Assembly (NCBI GenBank): GCA_030141605.1
Contig: JAQGDQ010000035.1
Coordinates: forward strand, 868,001 to 932,000
DNA: 64,000 nucleotides
DNA from: Tubiluchus corallicola
Lineage: Eukaryota > Animalia > Priapulida
Reading direction: 5' to 3'
Under the pieces are notes generated by a model. It was not told the origin of the DNA. It ran no database searches and worked only from the letters and a program-made list of their open reading frames with translations. Both the position numbers and the translations under genes were made by a program. Shown here piece by piece: positions 49,185 through 61,843 of the stretch (the first letter of the stretch is position 1; each line of letters opens with the position of its first letter).

Positions 49185-50650
49185 CTTGGCCTTCGTTAAC
49201 GACGAATCCCTACTGCTGTTGATTTCGTGGTAAATGAGCATTAGTATGACTTGTTGAGTCCAATTCTTGAGTGACATATCCGTGGATACTGAAGGCATGG
49301 GAAAAAGGCATGTGGGCGATCCCGAGATTGATGTCGCAGTTGTCTTCTCTCTTCCATCCTTTGTCGTCTGTGATCTTCGAAGGCGAATGTGCCCTTCTCA
49401 CAGAGTTGCCTCCAGTGTTTCCAGTCGTTTGTAAGATTATCCAGTTGTTTAAAGTCGATGTCACAAGTTTTAAGTATTTTTTCAAATTGTCTATACTCCT
49501 TTTTCCGAACCAGCAGCTAACCTATGGCCAAACGCAAGTGATATCAGGGAAAGTCGATTTCTTAGCATTCTAAGGACATGTCCCATCCATCGCGACGGAG
49601 TTGACGGCGAATTACATAATATTCCACGCGCTGTATTTTTGCTCGTTGTAAAATTACAGTGTATGGGGTGCGATCCTCCTAGGTAATTTTCAAATTTTTT
49701 AGCAGATATCTTCCAGTTGTTTCACGTGTCATCTAAAAAGTGTCCATGTTTTGCAACCATAGAATAATGTAGATATACAGGCAGCAAGACATCCTGTTAT
49801 TTTTGTTGAGAGCTGCAGATGGTGGTTGTTAAACACCCGAGACCGAAGTCGTCCGAATGATACACTTGCACGGTTAACACGAGAGCAGATTTCCTCATCT
49901 ATAAGACATGAGTCAGAGATGATGCTCTCAAGGTATGCGAAATGCTTGGTGTCCTTTAAAGATTTTCCATCGAGAAACTGTTGAGGTTCTGGAGTTATTT
50001 CATGTTCTGTCATATGCGTGATTTCCGTTTTCGAAGATTCACATGTAGCCCCATCTGCCGATAGCTATTTTGCAGACTGGAGAGTCACCAACTAAGTCAA
50101 AGGTTTTGGTTTTGGCTTTCAACCATCTTAAGTCACACTGCCATCTAGTCAGTAACGAAGCTTGATTCCACCTTGGTCATCTATAGTCATTCTAGTCAGT
50201 AGTGTAACTGCAACTAAGTACACATTGAAGAGGATCAGTGCAAGTACACATACTTGTCTCACTCGCATGGTGAGTTCAAAGTCATTTGATTCTTCTCCGT
50301 CGGATGCAATGCATGCCTGATTAACCGTGTCAAAAGCTTTTGTTAAATTGATGAAAGCCAGTAAGATATATTGGTGCTGTTCTTGATACTTTTCAATTAG
50401 CTGTGGACAGGTAAATATCATGTCTGTTGTACTGCGATCTGAGTGAAACTCCCATTGTGATTCTGGTAGCACTGTGTCAGCAATATGACGGATAAGGCGA
50501 GATAGCCTAACTCTTATGAGAATCTTGCCCGAAACATCCAATAAGGATATTCCATGACTGTTTCCACATGTTGCTTTATCACATTTTTCTTATAGATTGT
50601 AATTCTTCTGGCATGCTTCCAACGTTCAAGGATTATTATGTTCATCTAAC
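49185..50650 (-). mobile_element. Decayed, internally deleted RTE LINE
   Basis: GKILIRV...LPESQ...RSTTDMIF...NLTKAFDTVN; ASVSFGRLRSRVF...STLFYGCKTWTL motifs. Confidence 0.88.
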
Positions 50651-50857
50651 ATATTTCCAGAAAGGAAATATGTACATACATCAGTAGCATTATCAGTAGT
50701 AGTAAAAACCCTAGCACCTATCAAGATTAGCATTTTGGGTGTTTACGCTGATGGTGAGCACATCCTGTTGTTATATTCCTTCTGTAAGTATACCTGAATA
50801 CATGTTCACACTTGCTAATCAAGCAAAATCTAAATGAGATTTATTAACAAAGATGTA

Positions 50858-51827
50858 CCGTAAAACGGGGTGAGTTCGCCACTTTTTAGGGGTATTTTTT
50901 ACGTTTCCTGCCATAGCAAGAGAATTACCCAACCGATTTTCTTAGTTCAAGCTTTATATTGCCTTTCGAATGAAACACTATCGTGGGGTGAATTCGCCAC
51001 CAACAATTTAACACTGTTTAATGCCATTCTAGGCAGCTGAAGTTAACTGGTTGTGATTGGCTGGTTGGGGGTGAGTTCGCCACCCTATGAAAAAATTATG
51101 AAAAATGTCTAGTTTTAGTTTTCAAATAGAAATTTCTACGTTGGCAAGGAAGGCTTGAACGTCTTGTGCACTGATCTTGTCGCGGGCGCCCTTGATGTTG
51201 CCAGCCATTCTGAAAACCAGATTGTTCCTTCGGGCGAATGATTTGACAAAGTCTATTCCAGGGGTGTTTGGCTTGAATCGTCGTTCCTGAACTCCCTTCG
51301 CGTCAAGAACACTCTTAATCAGTAGTCGGAGATCGATGGCAGTCATTGGGAACCCCCACTCAGCGGTCACTTGGAGTGTTGGCGATTTCGTGCTCCTCGG
51401 CGGCGGAGAACACTGGCTGACCTCCGGTCTTCCGCGGATGACTTCCTGAGAGTTTGTCAGCAAGGGTCTTTCTTGGAACCCCGAATTGTCTCGCCGCTGC
51501 GCTGATTGTCCTGTTGTTATTCTTGACGGCATGTAGGGCAGCTTCCAGAGCTTCTGGGGTATAATTTTGGTATCTATGACCCGATACAGGGGTGCAGGTG
51601 CGTGGCATGTTAAGTAGCAAGAAATAGTAGACAAATAATATGTAGCGCAGAATGGAGTACTTCTAGTGCGAATTGAAAGAAGATGACTGTCGCAAGCTGT
51701 TTATAATGACGGTGATCATGATATCTGTTCATTAAACACTGAACAATAGTTACAGCGAACCTACAATGGCCATTACGTAAGGGGTGGCGAACTCACCCTC
51801 GGGTGGCGAACTCACCCCGTTTTACGG
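50858..51827 (-). mobile_element. pogo-like (Tc1/mariner superfamily) deletion derivative
   Basis: Perfect 25-bp TIR ccgtaaaacggggtgagttcgccac with TA on both sides; HTH_psq (AAARQFGVPRKTL) and CENP-B-type HTH (WGFP...FVKSFARRN) split by a frameshift; no DDE domain. Confidence 0.93.
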
Positions 51828-52566
51828 TATTTCATATTAGCAAGCTGAAACCTAATTCGAACAGTAAAGTGGAATGTTATATCTACAGTTTTATTTTATG
51901 AAATAATTAGTCCAAATCACAGATATCTTAGTGTAACTAAGCCGATTTCATTGTTTTAATGCATGACCTCAGTTCTATATCTAAAGCTAGATAGTGGCAA
52001 CACACCGACCAGGACTGTGGACGACATCATTAATTTTAATCACATTTTGCGCCGATTTGTATCTGTCGACAAATCACGTGACTGAGCGAAGGCGCAACTT
52101 ATTCGGTCCTTTTTGTATTAGATTTCGATGAGTGCAAACGTGTGACACTATATCACTGTCGAAATCGAAACATTGCAATAAGTTTCAGATTATTAGCGAT
52201 ATAGTTGGAGTCAGATTACTTGTAAATGGCACAAGATCTTTATAACATTTATTATGACGGCAGTAGAGAGATTGCCTCTGTCGTGAATAAACTATTATTA
52301 TAAATTAATTCGTTGGTATAAGATCTGTCATTCCGATGTGTGTGTTTACTAGCACGTTGCGCCTAACACGAGGGCACCCATACCTAGTACTAATGTACAT
52401 TTGAAATTACGTTAGAGTGACTGTATTCCATCAACACAGTTGAAGAAGCTGATGAACATTAACAAAACCTACTGACTAACACTGTTTTAGCTTAATTGTT
52501 ATGTTTTTTTTCTTGATCAAAATATTTGTATGTAATGCTTAACTATACCAGGACAATAATTTTTAG

Positions 52567-52681
52567 GAGACTGAAAGCCTAAATACGGCGATTGTATTGA
52601 ATTCTGCCACAACTTATTCTAAACAAGTGCTTAATAACTTAGAGCCTGGTGAAGCCGAATATGTGAAATCAAACAATGTTG
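52567..52681 (+). CDS. aGPCR exon, GAIN A/B junction
   Basis: tttttag acceptor; ETESLNTAIVLNSATTYSKQVLNNLEPGEAEYVKSNNV; TTG/GTAAGT donor; phase 0 to 1. Confidence 0.82.
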
Positions 52682-53092
52682 GTAAGTAGCAGTAACGTCA
52701 TATTATATCTTTAATGCAGTATAAAGTACAAATGCTGCAGGAAATATTTCAGGAAAATGTTTGTGTACATGGCCATTTTGTTGAAGTTCACTTTGTCATC
52801 TCATAGAAAAATATAAAATCCAATTCTATTTACAAAGGGAAGGAAATACGAGCAAGCTATATACAGTTGTTCTATGAAAGAAGCGCAGTTACTTTATTAC
52901 TGATGTAATTGCTGCATTTTAATCCTATGTACGTCCTCAGTACAAGAGAAGTGCAATCAAACATAGCCTATATTAATTCTGCTAGTGTATCATGTCTGTA
53001 TGTGTGGATTTGTAATTTCCAGGGCTATAGTGCCAACGACAACACAATTTTCGGTGACCTGCATATTCAACGAAAGCTTTCGATATAGAGCA

Positions 53093-53121
<29 letters not shown>

Positions 53122-53125
<4 letters not shown>

Positions 53126-54607
53126 TAACCGTTGACATATTTGATATCGACATGGTTTCATTTAAACGCTTTGTGAACAGAGGCGTGCCATATATCATTG
53201 GATTCGCAATGACACGAAGAATCTGATGCACTGTGCCAAAATCGCAAGAGCAGTTTCGTTTAGCTAGAAAACGGCAATAAAAAGGATGTCCGGTTCTAAA
53301 AATTAACATTCAGAATCTGCTGTTATGTCTTGGCTACGAGCAACCGGAAGAGTTTTGTCGAACGCTGAACCGTTGCCATTTTACGGGGCCTCAAATATGC
53401 CATTGTCGGTACTATGGTTAACGAATACGACAATAGCAAAAGTTGCATTATTTCCTTTACACGCTCTGTGAACGGAAGCCATACGTCGTGCAGGCGTGCG
53501 AACACCATTCGATTCGCAAATGAATGTAGAATAAGATGTACTCTTTCGCAATTGCGAGTCAAGTTTCGTTTAACCACAATATGGCAATAAGTAAGCTGTC
53601 AGATACCGAGAATGTGAACATTCAGAATCTGGTAAAATTTTTGCTCTACGATGCTAAGTTTCCAAGATACGCATCTTTTTATAATAACTCAAAACTAGAC
53701 ACAGCTACTAAACCAAATTTGGTTTGCTTGTAGCTATGGTAGAGGGCCATATTAGCTTGCGATTTCAGGTCGTGGCCCTTTGACCCGCTGAGTTGTGACC
53801 CGAAAATCGTCAAAATACGTCTATTTAGAGAAGTTATCACTGCTACAAGAAGCGCCACCTGCCAAGATGACGAGGAGTGGTGATTGTCCGATCAATAATA
53901 TGCCACACAGCCGCCACCACCACAGGGCTATGCCCGTTTTCTGGACCCATGTCGGCACCATACTTATACTTATACATGGCATGTATCAACATGGTTTCCT
54001 TGAACGATCTTTGAACGAAAGCAGTGAGTCGTACAGAGACGTACCGTACATCATTGGAGAGAAGAAGATGCAATCATGTTTAAAAGGTCTTAAAAACTCC
54101 ATCTTTGCCACTAGTAGCACAATGATAGTTCCATTTTCAGTGTTATATAATAAAGGCAACATCTCGTTTATGCAGTTAACCAAATTTCGGTTATTTTCGG
54201 TTAAACAAAAACAGAGGAAAAATTTTCAACACAGTGCATCTTATTCCAATCCAATGATATATGGAACGTCTCTGTACGACTCGAACAGAGCTAAGATGGC
54301 CTTCTACCCTAGCTACAAACACACCAAATTTGGTGGAGTCGCTCTATTTAGTTCTTGGGTTCCAAAAAATGCGTATCTCGGAAACTAAACATCGCAGAAT
54401 GAAAAAAACAGCAGATTCTGAGTGTTAAATTTTCGACCAGACATCCATTTTATTGCTGTTTTCTGGCTAAAAGGACTGGACTCGCGATTTTGGCTAGTGC
54501 ATCGGTTTCTTCGTCTCATTGCAAATCCAATGAACTGCCTTTCATTTCACTTATATCTTCCTTTCACAATGCGTTTAAATGAAACCTAGTATGTCAATGG
54601 TTACCTG
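53122..54607. mobile_element. Non-autonomous DNA transposon with about 200-bp imperfect TIRs, between (TA)n tracts
   Basis: Left aggtaaccgttgacata...cattcagaatctgctgtt mirrors right aacagcagattctgagtg...tatgtcaatggttacctg; (TA)n at about 53094-53123 and 54608-54633. Confidence 0.88.
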
Positions 54608-54679
54608 TATATATATATATATATATATATATATTTCACCAAAACTGAAATCCGCCATGGCAGAAAAACTTCGGTCATC

Positions 54680-55130
54680 TGTGGATGTGTCTAAGAATTT
54701 TTGCGGTTTTCACTAGGCTGTTGGAGTTGTTATTGCTGCAGTTTTGCTGTTGTTTTATCATTTTGTCATCATTGTTGTCACTATCATCGTCATCATTGGT
54801 GGTTGCATCAGTGGGTTTGGTGTGACTGTGCGGTATGTGTAATGTGGCGTGGTATTGGTGCAGAATAGTGAGTGCGGTGTAGTGTTGGTGTAGTGTAGTG
54901 TTATGTGGTGTGGACGATCCGGCATGAGTGGTCTTGTGGGTATAATGTGAATTTTGTTGGTGTAGTGTGGTGGATTTGTACGTGTGGTATTGCTGTAATG
55001 TGGAGGAATGGTGTGATATGACATGGTATTGTTGATGCGATAGCGATGGTGAGGTATAGAGTGATGTGGTGTTTGTTCATGTGGTGTGGTGTAGCGGGTA
55101 TGGTATGGGTTGTCGCATGTTATATGATAT
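54680..55130 (-). repeat. GT-rich tract plus (CAT)n; inverted relative of 28935-29385
   Basis: Same order of modules on the opposite strand. Confidence 0.6.
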
Positions 55131-55559
55131 GTATTGCAACATTCCCACCACTTATTAATTAAACTTAGTTAAAGGGTCTAAATTCAACGCCTGAAAACCG
55201 TGTATGAAAAAACTAGTTTGTTTACTAATAGTATGACCCGTGCCATATTAGTAGTTCAGATCGCTTTGCATTAACATTTGTGTAGAATTGCTTTTATTCG
55301 GCTTATACCGGTGTTAGTTATTTAAACCATTCAAGTTTTGAAAGCCTACTTCGTACTGCAAACTCATTCTCTTTTTATGTGCAAAATATCTGCTATTTTT
55401 GTGAAACACAGTGCTTGTACTTAACTTAACAGTAATTAGTGCTGATTGAATTGTGCAATGTGTTGTCATTTTCTTAAAACTAATTTCTGTAATTATAATT
55501 ATAAGTTAAAAGGATGATGTTGGGCTAATCTAATTACAAAAAAATAATCTTACCGTAGT

Positions 55560-56180
55560 GGTCCAATTTTAATACTTGAGTTAAATGTTTTACTAACAGA
55601 GATGTTTCAACATTGCTACCAGGTGCGACAGTAAACTTGCTATATATATCAGAAATTTAGTGTTACCCAATCTTAGTATGGATATTGTTGCAGATGACAA
55701 ACGATTACATTTTATTTCTGATGCGGTCGGAACAAAGTTTCAAACTTACAAATCTATGATGAACCCTTATTTAGTAGTTAGTCCAATATATGTTTCTAGG
55801 GAGGACTCTATAGCTGAACGGGATAGGATGGCCTTATCAAGGACTAAGCTTATGTCGCATATCCTACGAATTGAGTTGTTCAGGTGGGCCAGTCCACGTA
55901 GGGAGCGAAGAGTTTGTAGTGCGATGACTCCTCGATGCAAAGCGAGGAACATGTTTTCTGTTGTTGTTCCCTTCAACAAGTAGATTTGATCCCTAGACAT
56001 TTGTCTAGACATCCCTGGACATGAGTCTAGTCTAATTTAATGATTTTTTTTATCGTGAATGTGTTTTAGTTGTAACATGTTTGACTTAAATTGTACAATG
56101 ATTTTACTGTGTGACTTTTAATATAAAGTTGTGTAATTTTTTAATGTAAATTTTAATGGTCATGAAATTAATAAAAATAA
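55560..56180 (+). mobile_element. LINE 3' end remnant
   Basis: TKFQTY...NP...ALSRTKLMSHILRIELFRW...RERRVC (LRLSSH.L.IE.GR-like motif), then AT-rich 3' UTR ending aataaaaataaa. Confidence 0.7.
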
Positions 56181-56589
56181 ATGTGATTAATTTTACTTTT
56201 GCAGATGACTTTACCAATGGCCATATCCTCTTGGCAGTTTTTGGTAGTATGGGATGATATAAAACTCTGAATAACGAAAATTATAATATTTTACTAAAAT
56301 ACCTTTATTTATAAGCGCAAACTTTTAATTGCTTTACGCTCTCGTCATTTCCAACATTCAAATTAATACTACTAATGATTTCATTATTGAAGACTATGAA
56401 CCATGTGAAAGGCAACCAACTGCTAGCTTTTGTTTTAGGGTGAAGAGAATTAAACAAGTTTTCACCATTATCCTTGTATATATACTATCATCACCCAGTG
56501 ATAAAAATCTTTACCCAGTATTATTTTCATCATTGATGAATGTGACCTTTTTAACGTTCAATGTAATTTTATGTCTGGTATTTTGTTAG

Positions 56590-56742
56590 TTTACTATGGT
56601 CAAAAACAAGCTGCTGCCGAATTAGAAGATTACACATTTCCATTTGAAAACAATGATAACACTTTTTCCATCCCAAGCTGGATATCTAACTCAGAAACAA
56701 AAGTATTTCTTTCGAAAGATTCCCTGCGCTTATCTGCAGGAG
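56590..56742 (+). CDS. aGPCR exon, GAIN subdomain B (ends at a GC donor)
   Basis: ttttgttag acceptor; VYYGQKQ...DYTFP...PSWI...KVFLSKDSL; GAG/GCAAGT donor gives the phase 1 the next exon needs. Confidence 0.82.
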
Positions 56743-57699
56743 GCAAGTATATTCTTAAATATGGCTAATTAAGCTACTATGAACTGTACTTTTAATTTTA
56801 ATTCACCTAACTTTTACATGGAAAGTGTATCGACTTTAAGGTACAATCGTCATGCGTACATTTGGGACTGCTATATTATTAGACAAAGAACAAAAATATC
56901 GTGCTTTCGCTAGCTACTACAGCCATTTTTAGAAAACCGTGTAGAGTATATAAATGATAAAGAAACAATTACATAATTGTAGTATAAGGAATCAACCGAA
57001 ACAAGAAAAGTAACACATTTCATTTGGAAGTATTTACAAGTAGTAAAGTTCTTGTACGACTTTACATTCTTGAGGTAAATCATTGTAGTTACGCACATGA
57101 AGAGACGTGCAACAAACTCTAACAATAACGATAATTTGAAAAACAAGAAAGTGTGAAAAGTTGAAACCGCTTAGATTTGGGCCAGGCTCCTTGCAAGTCA
57201 TTGGTTTTGTTTTCGTTAATATTGCGCTGCTGCTGCTGTCTGTCCCAGAAGACCAATTCCAGGACTCGAATCCTTAGCCAGATTGGAGAACAATCTAGAA
57301 ATCGTGACATTTCACCGCTTTGACAAGAAATACAGAGAGAGTAGAACTAGGTTGAAGCCTTAATTATAAATACTGCAATTCCTACCTACATGCAGCAGCC
57401 ACTTTGAGGCCACCATTGAAGTGGCGAAGGCACATCAGATTTTACGCGATATATTCATCCACACCACTACATATGAATAAATAATATTAAACTAAATTTG
57501 GAAATGGAGAGAAATGTACAGTGGTGCAACAGTACTACAGCATATTTCTCGCCATCGAGTGAGGTACTGATGTGCTACAACAGTACCATTGTACATGGCG
57601 AAGCTTATATGGAGAAGTAGTATATATCGTAGCAGTACACAGGATGTTATCCAATCAGATGTTATCCCTCTCTGCGACAATGTTCACTCCAAGACCCAA

Positions 57700-58480
57700 G
57701 AAGGATAAACTGATCGACATGTCTATCTTCTCTGACAGTTGAAAGTTCAATTTCCCAACTAAGTGTCGTTGTATTGGGATTTAAAAATCTGATTTTGCGT
57801 TGTTAAAAGAAAAGAAAAGATTATCAACCCACGCTGCACATTCTGGTGAGAAAAGATTAAAGGTCCAACATTTCACAAAGAAATGATTGGCAGAACTTGG
57901 CTTAAATGCTTATTCGTATGCCACAAGAGGTTGGTAACTTCATAGCTTCACTAACGTGTGAAATTAGGTTCCCAATTAAAGTTCTATTGTCTTACTCGGA
58001 AGTAAATTAACTGTTACGTTGATGAGCACTTGTTAAGATCTGAAGTGGGGATTAAATTAGACAATCGTTACCTCAGAAAAGTAATAACGGTTGCTCACAG
58101 AAGAGCATTATGCATCATTTTATTCGTCAACGCATCTGCACTACATTAAAAAGTAACGTTGTTCGTTATAATAATTGAACGCTTAAAATAAATTATTTTA
58201 ACGAAAATATTTAAATTGACATGCTGAATCTCACAGAGACTTTTGCTGACATTTTACTGTCGTTAAACTGCTTTTCGCACGTTTTCAAATTCTTCATCTG
58301 TATTATCGTTGCTAGACAGTTTTCGAGTAGTACTGGTAAGCTATCGTCGTCTGCAAACCTGACGATTCTTGAATGTATTTTTATTTGTTGAAGGTCATTA
58401 ATATAGCAAAGAGTAAGGACCACTGATAGTTTCTGACTGGACTCCTATAACGATGAATAAACGCTTGAAGACGGGTGTCA
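57700..58480 (-). mobile_element. Decayed LINE RT fragment
   Basis: LCYINDL...IVRFADD motif in ORF 58211-58423; the lower boundary is approximate. Confidence 0.6.
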
Positions 58481-58699
58481 AAATGATTGCACCAAGGAAA
58501 TGATGCCCTGACAGAATGATTCACTGGCTAAGTGCACGATTGCCTAAACATATATTGTACTATTTCTGATATGATGCACTGATACATGATACGTGATGCA
58601 CTGGCGAATTATTGTGCCCTTCCAAAATGGTACCCTGTAACACTACGAAACGTTTTGTTCGGTTTTACTATGTAGATTAACTTTTAGAACATTTTCCAG

Positions 58700-58766
58700 G
58701 TTCAGATGCTGTCGGTGCTGCGTCTTTATTTTATCGGAACATCCAAGACTTAATACCCTTGGTGAG
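58700..58766 (+). CDS. aGPCR exon, GAIN subdomain B
   Basis: ttttccag acceptor; GSDAVGAASLFYRNIQDLIPL(V) (Y.Nl..l motif); donor after either 58761 or 58766. Confidence 0.78.
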
Positions 58767-59199
58767 GTAAAACTATTATTATGCACAATTTTTCCAAACG
58801 AATTACGACTAGAATATAAAAAATTACGTCTATAACTTTTTTCTGAGTAGTATTAATGCTGTTGTGGTGCATGTAACATTTTGCTATTTATTGAACATTG
58901 CTGATACCTAAGGTGTTAGGTGTTATGCCCAGCAGAGATTTGAACTTTTTTGCACTTGTAGTAGAGGTGAGGAAAAAATCGTGTGTCACAAATGGCAAAA
59001 AATTAAAGGTTTTTATTTTAAATATAGAGGACTAAAGTTAGTTTCAGCTATCAATTTAGCTAAAATAGTGACATTGCCTACATTGTCATATGCGGCTTCT
59101 TGGGCTTGATAAACAAATAAATGCAATCGATGATCTTTTGCAGGACATAGTAAAACAGCCATAGGGGAGTCTTATAATCCACTTAATAAGTAACTAGAA

Positions 59200-60440
59200 A
59201 TAATATGGGTTTGCCGCCCTAGCATACATTATTTTCACTGTTGTTGGATTTACTTTGCTAGTCTGGGAAAGGCAAAAATATTCGCCACCTAGATGTAGCT
59301 TAAACTTTCAAGATGTAATGAATAATTTACCGTATTATCCTGCGTTAAATGACCACATTGCAGCTGTCTTTTATAAGAGTTAGACGTTGTGATTAATCAA
59401 GTGAAAAATGGGGTTAGGATTTTACTCGACAGATGCTAAGAGCTTCTTATAATGTATTGTATCCAATATTGCTAGTAATGACGATTCTTATGTTTTACGT
59501 TGGATACCCCTTCTTTGCTAACTGCTTTAACCAAGAACGCAAACCTATCACTGCCCAAAAATTATAGGGTGTACAAATGCTATCTTTGCTTGCTAGCATT
59601 TATGATAGATTAATTCCTAACAGATTGTTGTTATGGCTACCAACACGCGAAGAACAATCTGCTTTTCAGAAGAGCAAAAGCTGTATAGATATTTTTGTTA
59701 AGGTTACTTATTGCAATAACTATGAAGTCTGGCAGTAAACTTTTTGTGACGTTTGTTGACTTAGAAGAAGCCTTTGATTAAGTTCCTACAAATTTAATGC
59801 TAAACGAACTGTTTAAATTGGGCATTAGTAGTGTTTGTTGCTATTAAGAATATATATGCGGTTACTTAATACATAGTTAAATTCAATGGGCAGGGTGCTT
59901 CAACAAGTGTTTAGAACATATACCGGAATCCGTCAGGGTGCTTCACCAAGTGTTTTGCTATTTAATGCATTCTTAGACGACCTTTCTGATTTTCTTTAAC
60001 ATTGTTGCTCTTCTGAAAGCTTGTTGAATGACATGCAGTTTTTTGATACACGCCGATAATACATTGGTGATAGGTACGCAAAGACAACTATGCGATTTAA
60101 AGTGCAGAGTGTCAGAACACTATTTTATAGGTAGTAGTATGTCCTTAAATACTTAATAATCAAGTGACTTTGTTATTGATAACAGTTCTGTTGATGACAA
60201 ACATGGTATTCAGTTGAGTAAAGAAGTTCGTTAATGCAAGCCAAGGCAGACATATTTAGGGACAATTATTACTGAGAGTGATAACTATGATAATGATGTA
60301 CAGGCTTAGTTTGATTTCAAAGAATTTAATGTTAATGTTAAGTATTTGAATTTTATTTTCAGACATGCAGAAGCTGCTTTTTGTGCTAAAATAAAAGTGT
60401 TGAATGCTTGCGCTAATGCCTCCCTACTGTACTCACCTGA
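59200..60440 (+). mobile_element. Decayed LINE RT
   Basis: EEQSAFQKSK, FVDLEEAFD, GIRQGASPSVLLF, HADNT, YLG motifs with many stops. Confidence 0.8.
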
Positions 60441-60446
60441 AGCCTT

Positions 60447-60830
60447 AGCCGCGTTTTCACTGCGTCCGCGCAGACAGGCATAGACACAGACCTTTCTGTC
60501 CTCACGTTTTACGTGCAAAAGTAAAAGTTGTTTCCATTGGGACCGCACTCATTCCCTAAAATACGTCATAAATGAGCCAAAATTTTAGCGCAAAATTCTA
60601 AACAAGAGACTTTCTAGAAGAAAGAAGATTTTTATTTTGCTGTGGTGTTTAAAGAAAAAGGCAAGTAGACGATACAGGAAGCGACAACATCGTTTTTGGG
60701 TACACCCAATATTTGAAAACCGTGAACCGGTAGGCTAATTGCAACAAGTTGTAATGTATGAAAAGAAATGCCTATGTTATTTGAAAATGCAACCTGCAAC
60801 CTTCCAAATCTTACTTGATTAAATGTTTAG
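60447..60830 (+). mobile_element. PIF/Harbinger transposon 5' remnant
   Basis: tta|gccgcgttttcac terminus; RRYRKRQHRFWVHPIFENR...YLKMQPATFQILLD matches the Harbinger transposase N-terminus; right TIR not found. Confidence 0.7.
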
Positions 60831-61347
60831 ATTGTATTCCTCCTGAACAGCGCCTTGTTATTACATTAATGTAAACAAAGCCAATGAGACTTATTAATGA
60901 GACTTGCAATAAAAATTTGGATTGGCTACAGTGAATTCAGCAATGAGTGAGTACTAGACAACCTTTCATGAATATACTTTATTTCTCCTGTTGGTTCAGT
61001 GCCCTGGCAACAGCGATGTACTGGTGGTGAAGCCAAACAGATGCAATTTCAATGGAATCTTGTGCGAAACATATATTACAATTTTACAACGTGCTTTTCA
61101 GCGGAATTCAAAAGCGGTTTTTATTCAATAACTAACAATGTTTTGAGAGTTATTTTTTTTCATTGTAACAGCACATCTATGCAAGGTCACTTTCATGAGA
61201 AAGTCGATATACTGTTGCAATACGGTGTGTGTAAATATGTGCTATAAATTAATTAATTTGTTTTTTATTGAATATTTTTAATGGATTTTGCATGCTGATC
61301 ACATGCATCTTACAAATAAAAGATCATCAAAATTGCTAAAAAATTAA

Positions 61348-61843
61348 TGGGGATTCGAATTTTTGTGGACACCGAAGGAAATTATTTGTGGACCAGGGGT
61401 CATTTGTGTCCACAAGAAATCAAAGCATGTCCACAAAAATCAAGAAAATTTTGTGGGCAAATTCCACGAACGTTTTACAGAAATTTGAATTTGTGGACAT
61501 AAGTTTCAAAACTATAAGAATCGATATCATTGTGAAATATCTTGCGTAAGCATTGCTTTATTGAGCATTCAGTCAAGTTCTACCAATACGGGCATAAATA
61601 GACTATCAAAGTCGCTAGGGAGCTTCGGGATCACACCTCGTTCCTTATCGATTCCATCACCAGACAATATGACTGCGCGGACTTTATCCTGTTGCAAGCG
61701 GCTTATGACATGCGTTGTGAACAGCTGTAAACTTGTGGACACGTTTTTTTTACTTGTACACAAAAATCCACAAACAAGGTGACCCCTGAAAAAAGATGTC
61801 CACAAATCCGTTTTGGTGTCCACAAAAATCGAGCACCCCAAAA
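61348..61843. mobile_element. MITE of about 500 bp flanked by TTAA
   Basis: Imperfect TIRs atttttgtggacacc...atttgtggac...caggggtca and its reverse complement; internal tgtggac/gtccaca repeats; ttaa at 61344-61347 and 61844-61847. Confidence 0.78.

Larger units (their letters stand above)
1..58766 (+). other. Spliced adhesion GPCR (latrophilin-like) gene, partial: CUB - Gal_lectin/SUEL - HRM - GAIN; 12 exons in window
   Basis: Exons 1-37, 14877-14995, 15618-15766, 20977-21111, 28514-28696, 31439-31543, 35601-35704, 44921-45091, 49030-49098, 52567-52681, 56590-56742 and 58700-58761/58766 join with compatible phases and no stops, in the domain order typical of adhesion GPCR ectodomains. GPS/7TM not found in the window. 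Confidence 0.88.

Noticed and set aside
53795-54388. 197-aa ORF inside the long-TIR element
   Set aside because: No transposase or other motif; it runs through internal repeats.
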